Source: Sminthopsis crassicaudata (Eukaryota). Taken from it: 64,000 nt of DNA. A program made the position numbers and the translations under genes. The stretch is from the NCBI RefSeq assembly GCF_048593235.1, contig NC_133617.1:73678937-73742936 (forward strand), given 5' to 3'. This document shows positions 56,833-64,000 of this stretch, piece after piece. Every line of letters starts with the position of its first letter. The first letter of the stretch is position 1. Under the pieces are notes generated by a model, which saw only the letters and a list, made by a program, of their open reading frames with translations, was not told the DNA's origin and did no database searches.

Positions 56833-57188
56833 CTAGGCTTGGAGATCTCCAACAAAGGGGAATCAACCACTTTTTCTACTTTGGGATACACTAAGAGTTA
56901 GAAAGTTTTTCTCAGTATTATTTATCCTGATCAAAAAATAACTTACATTCAAATAAAGGGAATTATGGCTAAAACAGAAGGTCCTCCAAAGAAATGAAGA
57001 ATAGGATAAAAAGGAGCTCAGACAAAATGGCAGTTAGATTACAAAAATTTGGAAGAATTACCCCAAAGAATATCTGTCCCAAACTCAGAAGATACAAATC
57101 TCTATTATCCTCATCAGAACTGACAAGAGATTGTGGAAAAGCTCCAAACAGCACATAAAGTTTCTAACAAACTCTCTGTTCAGGGCTT

Positions 57189-57219
<31 letters not shown>

Positions 57220-58317
57220 AAGAAGAAGCCTTTTACAAGTCTTTGAAAATTAAAAAAAAAGTTTAGTTTTATCCACAAATACATCTGGAAAAAACTCTGT
57301 GAGCTTTTGTGGCACTGAAACTGTAGATTTGGCAAACCAAAAGTGTCAGACAGCCTAAGGAAGAAGAGTTGAAATTGAGCTCAGAACATAAAGGTCACTA
57401 AGCTCCTTTATTCACTTCTCATCTGAGAGACTCGGCAGCTGATAATTGTTGGGGAGTCTTAAAAGCACCAGAACTCATTGGAGGATTTTCAGATAGCAAG
57501 GATTCAAGGGGAGTTTAGAATTTCAAAATGGTAGGGAGAGAAGTATTTTAAAATGGCACCAAAAGAGAGAAGCAAAAAACAGGGATAAGGATTCTAAAAA
57601 TCTAATGTATTTTTAAACTTAAAGCTAATTTAAATCCAAAAGTAACCTGATCTATGACTAATAAAGTTAAATGAACTCAGGGAGGCCCAGGTTTCCACAA
57701 AGTGGGCAATTCTCCTCCTAATTCCTCTATCTTACCATTACCTCCTATGGTTCTATCTATCTCTATGTCTCATTCCTATGAAACCTATTCTTAACCATTA
57801 TTAAAATCTCCAGTGTCTCCTTAGAAACTTAGTGATTCTAACAGAATCTTGGGTCATTAGCTCTACTCAGATTTTATTTTCCTCCCTTTCCAATCCTGAC
57901 TCTATAATTAGCCAACTATATTGATTAAGAGTTAGTCAATTTTACACTATCCTCTGCTCTCAAATCTCTCACCCTTTGTCTTATCACTGCCCATCTTTTT
58001 TGCCAAATCTCAACTTGGGCTATTCCCACCATTTATCTCCTCTGCCCACACTCATGGGCCATTGAAAGGACTTGGAAGATGTCACATAACTGGGAATGAC
58101 TGGGTCCATTTTAAATTCACTGGGCTGTCATTGCAACAAGGAAATCTAATGGATTTCCTATTTCACTTTTCACATAAGCTATTTGAAATCTCTTCCCTCC
58201 TCAAGCCCCTCTCCTCTTCTCTCAGCTAAAAATCTGACCTCTTACTTTCCTGAGGAAATTGAGGCTTTTAGACAAGTTTCTTCTCCTATTTTCTTCATTT
58301 TAAACCCCTATGGCATC

Positions 58318-59700
58318 ATGAAAATGCTCTAAAATCACTATTGATTAAAGAAATGCAAATTAAGATAACTCTGAAGTACCACTTTTACACCTCTCAGACT
58401 GGCTAAGATGACAAGAGAAGATAATGATAAATGTTGTAGGGAATATAGGAAAATTGGGGACATTAATGCATTGTTGATGGAGTTGTGAAATGATCCAGCT
58501 GTTCTGGAGAGCAATTTGGAACTATGTCCAAAAGGCTATAAAACTCTGCACATCCTTTGATTCAACAGTGCCACTGCTGGGTCTGTATCCCAAAGAGATC
58601 ATAAAAGAGGGGAAATGACCCACCTGTACAAAAGGGTTTGTATCAGCCCTTTTTGCAGTGGCAAAGAATTGAAAATTGGGGAATCATCAGTTGGGGAATA
58701 AGTTGTAGTATATGAATGTGATAGAATATTATTGATCTATAACAAATGAGGAGCACACTGATTTCAGAAAAGCCTGGAAAGATGTATATGAACTGATACT
58801 AAGTGAAATGAGCAGAACTAAAAGAACATTGTGCACACTAACAGCAAGGTTATGTGATGATCAACTATGATAGACTTAGCTCTTCTCAGCAATGCAATGA
58901 TCTAAGACAATTCCAATAGATTTGAGAAGGAAAATGCTTTCATCTCATATACCCATCTATTACCACATTTTGCCACATCTCTGACTTCCTTTCTCTTCTA
59001 TCTACTCATACACCTACCATTGTAGCTTAGGCTCTTAATATCACTTGCTTATATTATTATTAATAGTCTCCCTAATTGATCTTCTTATCTCAAATTTTAA
59101 CCCTTTCTAGTCCATCCAACTCTGCTATCAACATGATCTTTAAGAGCAAATTTGACTCCATAACTATTGCACTTAATCAATTCCAATGCCTTCCCCTTCC
59201 CTGTGATAAAATATAAACTCCTTTATCTACTTTTGAAAACTCTTCACAAAAACCTGGAAAGACTTCCATGAACTGCTAAGTGAAATGAGCAGAACTAGAA
59301 CTAATAGCATCAACACTGTATGATTATCATTTATAATAAACTTAACTCCTCTTAGCAAAACAGTGATCAAAGACAATTTGCAAAAGACTCATGATGGAAA
59401 ATGCCATCAACATCTAGAGAAAGAGCTATGGAGTCTGAATACAGATCCAAATATACTATTTTTAGCTTTTTTCTTTCTTGTGGTTTTTTTGCTTTTGTTT
59501 TGATTCTGCTTTCACAACATGACTAATGTAAAAATATGTTTAACATGACTGTACATGTATAATCTATAGCAGAATGTAGTCTTAGGGATGAAGGGAAGGA
59601 GAAAAAATTGGAACTCAAAATATTATAAAAATGAATGTTGAAAACTATCTTTACGTGTAATTGGAAAAAATAAAATACTATTAAGTGTAGGGGGAAAAAA
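58318..59700 (+). mobile_element. Old L1 3' fragments (about 58318-58935 and 59250-59700)
   Basis: aaatcactattgattaaagaaatgcaaattaagataactctgaagtacc...; gaaagacttccatgaactgctaagtgaaatgagcagaac. Confidence 0.8.
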
Positions 59701-60558
59701 AAACCTTCCATAATCTGTCCCCAAATTCTCTCTTCAGTTTCACTAGATGTTATTATTTTCCTTACCACATAGTGTAATCCATCTAAATTGGTCCCACCCA
59801 CAAGACCCCATCTCTTGCCTCTGGGCAGAGCCAGCCCCAAGCCTGAAACAGCAATCCCAATTGTTCTTTTCCCCTTGCCTCCCAAAATCTCTCTCCCTTC
59901 AGGATTCAGTTTATATATTACCTTCTTGCTTTCTTGCTCCCTACAACTATCTGGGTAGAGATCCCAAAGGATCTTGCCTGATCCTCACTACATATCTGGC
60001 AAATTGGCAAAAAATTAGGAATTTAGGGACAGCAACAGTTCTTTTGTAGGCAAGGGGAAAAACTGCTAGTTTCACCTTCAAGTCTTATTGGATTAAATTC
60101 CCATTTAAGTAGACCCAGGTAATGATTCAGGTAGTGACCCATAGCACGATGAAAATGGAAAGGAATTTAAAACAATACAAAGAATGAACTAAATTCAAAA
60201 AGATGTAATTGAGACAGAAATAAAGCAATTTAAAACTCATATTTAAGAACTTCTGGCTGGAGACTATGAGGCTGACTTACAAAGGAGGTGAAGTAATTCC
60301 CTTATTCAAGAAACTAAAATAGCTAATAAACCTTTCCCCTAAAATTCAATATAGATTTAAAAGACAACAGAGGTATAACTCAGCTGTCATTTATTTCCAT
60401 AGAATCATAGAATTTTAGAGTGGGAAGGAATGTTGGCAACAACATATAATAAGGTCAATACATGAAGAACCAGTTAAATAAATTGTGGTATATCAATGCA
60501 ATGGAATATTATTGTACTAGATGAAATTGATGAGTAATAAATGATGAGTAGTAAATTA

Positions 60559-61259
60559 TGGTCTAAACAAAGATGGATCAGTTCCTTTCTCTCTCTCCTT
60601 CCTTCCCAAAGTAACCAATGGCGGGTTCGGCAGCAAAGGAATTTGCTACTTAAAGCTGTATAGAAACATAGTCTTTATTGATTAGAATGGAAACACCGGA
60701 GAGCCGGTGGGCAAAATGGCTGCATGGTACAAGGCCATTTGCAAAGAGAAGATTCCCGTTCTCTCTTTTATGCAGTGATGTAAGGAGGTTCCTGAGAGTG
60801 ATGTAAATTAAGATAAGGATTCTCTTGTTATCTTTTGGGGACAGACAGAAGTCTCTTCCCCAAAAGGAATTTCCTGATGTCATTTGGTCTATCTGAGCAA
60901 ATTAGAATGGAGGCTGTAAAACCCTGGCCATCTCAGATAGCCCAAACTAGTTTGACCACATCTTGTATCAAAGGTCCAAGTCCCAAATGGAGTTGGAAAT
61001 CAAACAAAGAATACCAAGGGGCTACCACCCTCAACAAAATGACAAGAGCATACTTCTAAACCTGAAATGGAATCAAAAGCAGCTGGAAATCTGGAAATCC
61101 CCATCTTGAGCACAATCATTAAGGGAAAACCACAGGACCTAAGCCCACAAACTCTCTAACATTGCCCTTGCCCATCAGGGAACTGTCCAAATGGAAGCCC
61201 TTTGCCCCATTTTGAGTCAACTTTTTGTTGCTTAGGATTGGGCTTTTAAATTTCTACCA
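60559..61259 (-). mobile_element. Probable solo LTR (about 700 bp)
   Basis: TG...CA ends (tggtctaaac / ttctacca); minus-strand TATA-like gcataaaag about 90 bp upstream of AATAAA (60674-60679); no TSD found. Confidence 0.45.
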
Positions 61260-61365
61260 AGAAGGGAAAAGGGTTTCCAGTCAGAGAAGCTCATGTTGAA
61301 GAAAAAGATTCTGAGGTCACACTAAGATTAGAAACCCAAAGAGGATCTCTGAAAGAAAAGCTCAC

Positions 61366-61439
61366 CTGAAGCTCAGATGATAGGAGTTTGGTTTCCATCC
61401 CGTTGTCTCTTGAGTTTCCTTTAGTGGAGCAGCAAAAAC
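61366..61439 (-). pseudogene. Locus D: start-codon exon (74 nt), FCCSTKGNSRDNG-METKLLSSELQ
   Basis: attgttcag acceptor, CAG|gtgagc donor; ATG at 61398-61396 in strong context (gggATGg), in phase with KRAB-A. Confidence 0.75.
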
Positions 61440-62126
61440 CTGAACAATAGGTAAAACTGAAGGAAGAAAATACTAACTAAAATCAACCATGTTTTCAGCC
61501 AACCCAGAATCATATGCCAGGGCATTCCCAGTTACCTGTCATAGGTTCCTTTTTTTTTTTAATCGTATTTATAATTTGTGAAATATAACATAGTACAATT
61601 TTTAAAAACTATCATAACAAACCCTCAGACTAAGAACATAACTGTGAGCATGACCAGGAAGATGAAAGTACAAAAGGAAAGAAGGGAGGATATAACAGAG
61701 ATGTTACAAAAGTATAATTTCCACTATATCATAACCAACAAGTCTTTATTCAGCCTCTTCCTGTAGCTCACCAATGAAGGAAATCCACTACCTCTCGAAG
61801 CAACTCATTCTGAATTTAAGAAAAATCAAATTATTTTACGTTCTTCCTGACAACAAATCTAAATCTGCCTCTGCAATTTCTACTCATCACTCCTAATCCT
61901 GCTTTCTGGGATCAAATAGAACAAATATAATTCCTCTTCCACATGAAGATTCCTGAGATTTATAAGAAGAAAGCTAATATATCCTCACCAAGTCTTCTTT
62001 TCTAGACTAAACATCCTCTGAATTGAACACAGTGAATTCTAGATGTAGTCTGAAGGACAGAGTTTTAAGGAATTACTACTGCTTTATGCAAAGAAACTTA
62101 TAATTTGACATCAAACTAATAATGAA

Positions 62127-62269
62127 GGGGCAGTTAGGTGACGCAGTGGATAGAGCACCAGCCCTGAATTCAGGAGGACTGAGTTCAAATGTGGTCTCAG
62201 ACACTTAACACCTCCTGATGTGACCCTGGGCAAGTCACTTAACCCTAGCCTCAGGGGAAAAAAAAAAAA
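62127..62269 (+). mobile_element. WSINE1-like SINE, full length
   Basis: ggggcagttaggtgacgcagtggatagagcaccagccctgaattcagg...; polyA; TSD ctaataatgaa (62116-62126, 62271-62281). Confidence 0.92.
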
Positions 62270-64000
62270 GCTAATAATGAAAAATCTGGCTTGAAATTTA
62301 TACTGTTGTGAACTCATCTCTCTTCCATCTTTTCCCCAAGAACAATTTGTAAAGAATTGTAATATGGAAGGTTTTATGGTACTGTTTAAAGAGCAATGGA
62401 CCTGACAACAACCTCGAAAGGCAGAGGACTTAGATTCAAATATTCCCCCACTCCTATTTATTAGCTGGGTGACCTTGAGGTCACCCCATCTGAGTGATTT
62501 TTCATTTCTTTATCTAGAAAAAATGAGGATGTTGGACTAGATGGCCTCAGATTTCTTAAGGAATTGAGGGGATTAGCAGAAGGGGGAATTAAATACCACA
62601 CTGGCTCTATCTTGTGATTCAATTCTGGAGCTAGCTTATTCAATTATGGGTCTGGTTCAAATTATATCTTATGAGAAAATTTTATTCAATTGTGAGAATT
62701 GGGAGAAAATTTCATTGCTTTGCTTGAACCTAGCCCTGCACAGCTGGGAAGCTGGATCAGTTCTCCCTACTATTTAGAGACCCTTACCCAAGGACCTAGA
62801 TTATCACACAATCAGATCCAAAGATTGATGCAAAGAGTTTTCTCTTAATTGTACATCACAAGTTTAATCTTTTTCTTTAAAAAAAAAAAAAAACTCTTTT
62901 TTTAAACTTTTTATATCATTTACTTTCTACCTAAACCCTCATCAAACCCTCCCTTGTAAACAAAGGAAAAATTCAGGACTTCTCACCTAAGAGATTATTT
63001 CACTCATGGTTTGTTCTCTGGAGCCAATATTAGCCACTGCAATTCATGAGTTCAGCTGCCTTAAAGTGCTTTTATTTGCATACTTGTGTTCTTTATGTCT
63101 ATTTTTCTCCTGATCCAATTAATTTCATTTGGCATCAAATCATATAAGTCTTCCTGGAATTCTTTATATTCCTCATATCCCATGAAATTCTACCATATCC
63201 ATAGGTAGATATAGCTGAGTGTAGGATGGGTCAAGTGGAGAGAGACTTGAGGCAAGAGTACTAGCAGGCAGATTATTGTAATAAGTCAGGTGAGGTAAGG
63301 AGGGCTCTCCATTCCTATTTCAACTTCTGACTTTCTTCAAGTCTCAACTAAAAGCTTTCCTCCTATAAAATACCTTTCCTGTATTCTTTAATTTCAGCAC
63401 CTTCGCTTTGCCATCTCCAATTTATCCTATATGTACAACATATTTATACAGAGTTATTTGCACTGTCTCCTCTGGTAGACTGTGAGCTCTCTGAACCACA
63501 AGGTGTCTCTCTACCTTTCTAGGTATTCTCAGCACTTAATAAAATGCTTGCTTAATAAATGCTTAATTATTTAATTCCCAACTGCTACTTTAAAGGTTGG
63601 TCTACATATATGTTGAGGACCGATCTGTGATTTGAATACCTGAGGGACCTGTGCTGCTTGCTATACATTTTATTGCCTAAGGGGTATCAACTATCTGTTA
63701 AATTTCCAAATGGTACAAGGCAAGGCAATTCTTTTGGGGTCCTTAGGTTCTCAAGAAGCGCACAGCCAAATTAAATCTTAGTTTAGGTGTTGGAACTTTT
63801 TTTTTAAAAAATAATTTTTTTTATTATTGACTTAATAAATATCAACAAAAATTAATGTTTCAACATACAAAAAAGAGGAAAAGTTTATATATAAAATTGT
63901 GAATTTTCATATGTTTGTTTCCTTAATGCATTAAATTTAACACTGTAATAACAAGATTATCTGCTTGGATCACCTTCTGAACTTGCTTTTGCTCTCTTTG

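Noticed and set aside
60620-60637. tggcgggttcggcagcaa as a tRNA-Ser primer-binding site
   Set aside because: Only about 12 of 18 bases match the remembered PBS, and it lies inside the putative LTR in the wrong orientation

Overview
Mammalian genomic DNA, most likely from an Australian (dasyurid-like) marsupial; this is inferred from WSINE1-type SINEs, MAR1-like SINEs and marsupial-type L1s. The window is part of a KRAB zinc-finger (KZFP) gene cluster buried in transposon debris. I can reconstruct four KZFP loci by hand. Locus A (+, 2.6-9.5 kb) is a dead KRAB-only relic with no finger exon found. Locus B (-, 13.6-19.8 kb) is a pseudogene. Locus C (+, CpG-island promoter at about 23.3-24.5 kb; exons 29868-29959, 30336-30462, 31074-31187, 34657-36914) is the only intact gene, encoding about 829 aa with KRAB-A/B and about 22 C2H2 fingers, partly inside N gaps. 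Locus D (-, 48.0-61.4 kb) is a pseudogene. The rest is L1, CR1/L3, SINE, hAT MITE and solo-LTR sequence, several with readable target-site duplications (TSDs), plus a 74-bp minisatellite. I see no prokaryotic-type system, no CRISPR array and no clearly new gene family. The best leads are an apparent start-codon relocation (ATA at the ancestral ATG position in two paralogues), a duplicated finger helix conserved against synonymous divergence, and a repeated insertion hot spot inside L1. Family names and the ZNF250 resemblance come from memory and were not checked against a database.
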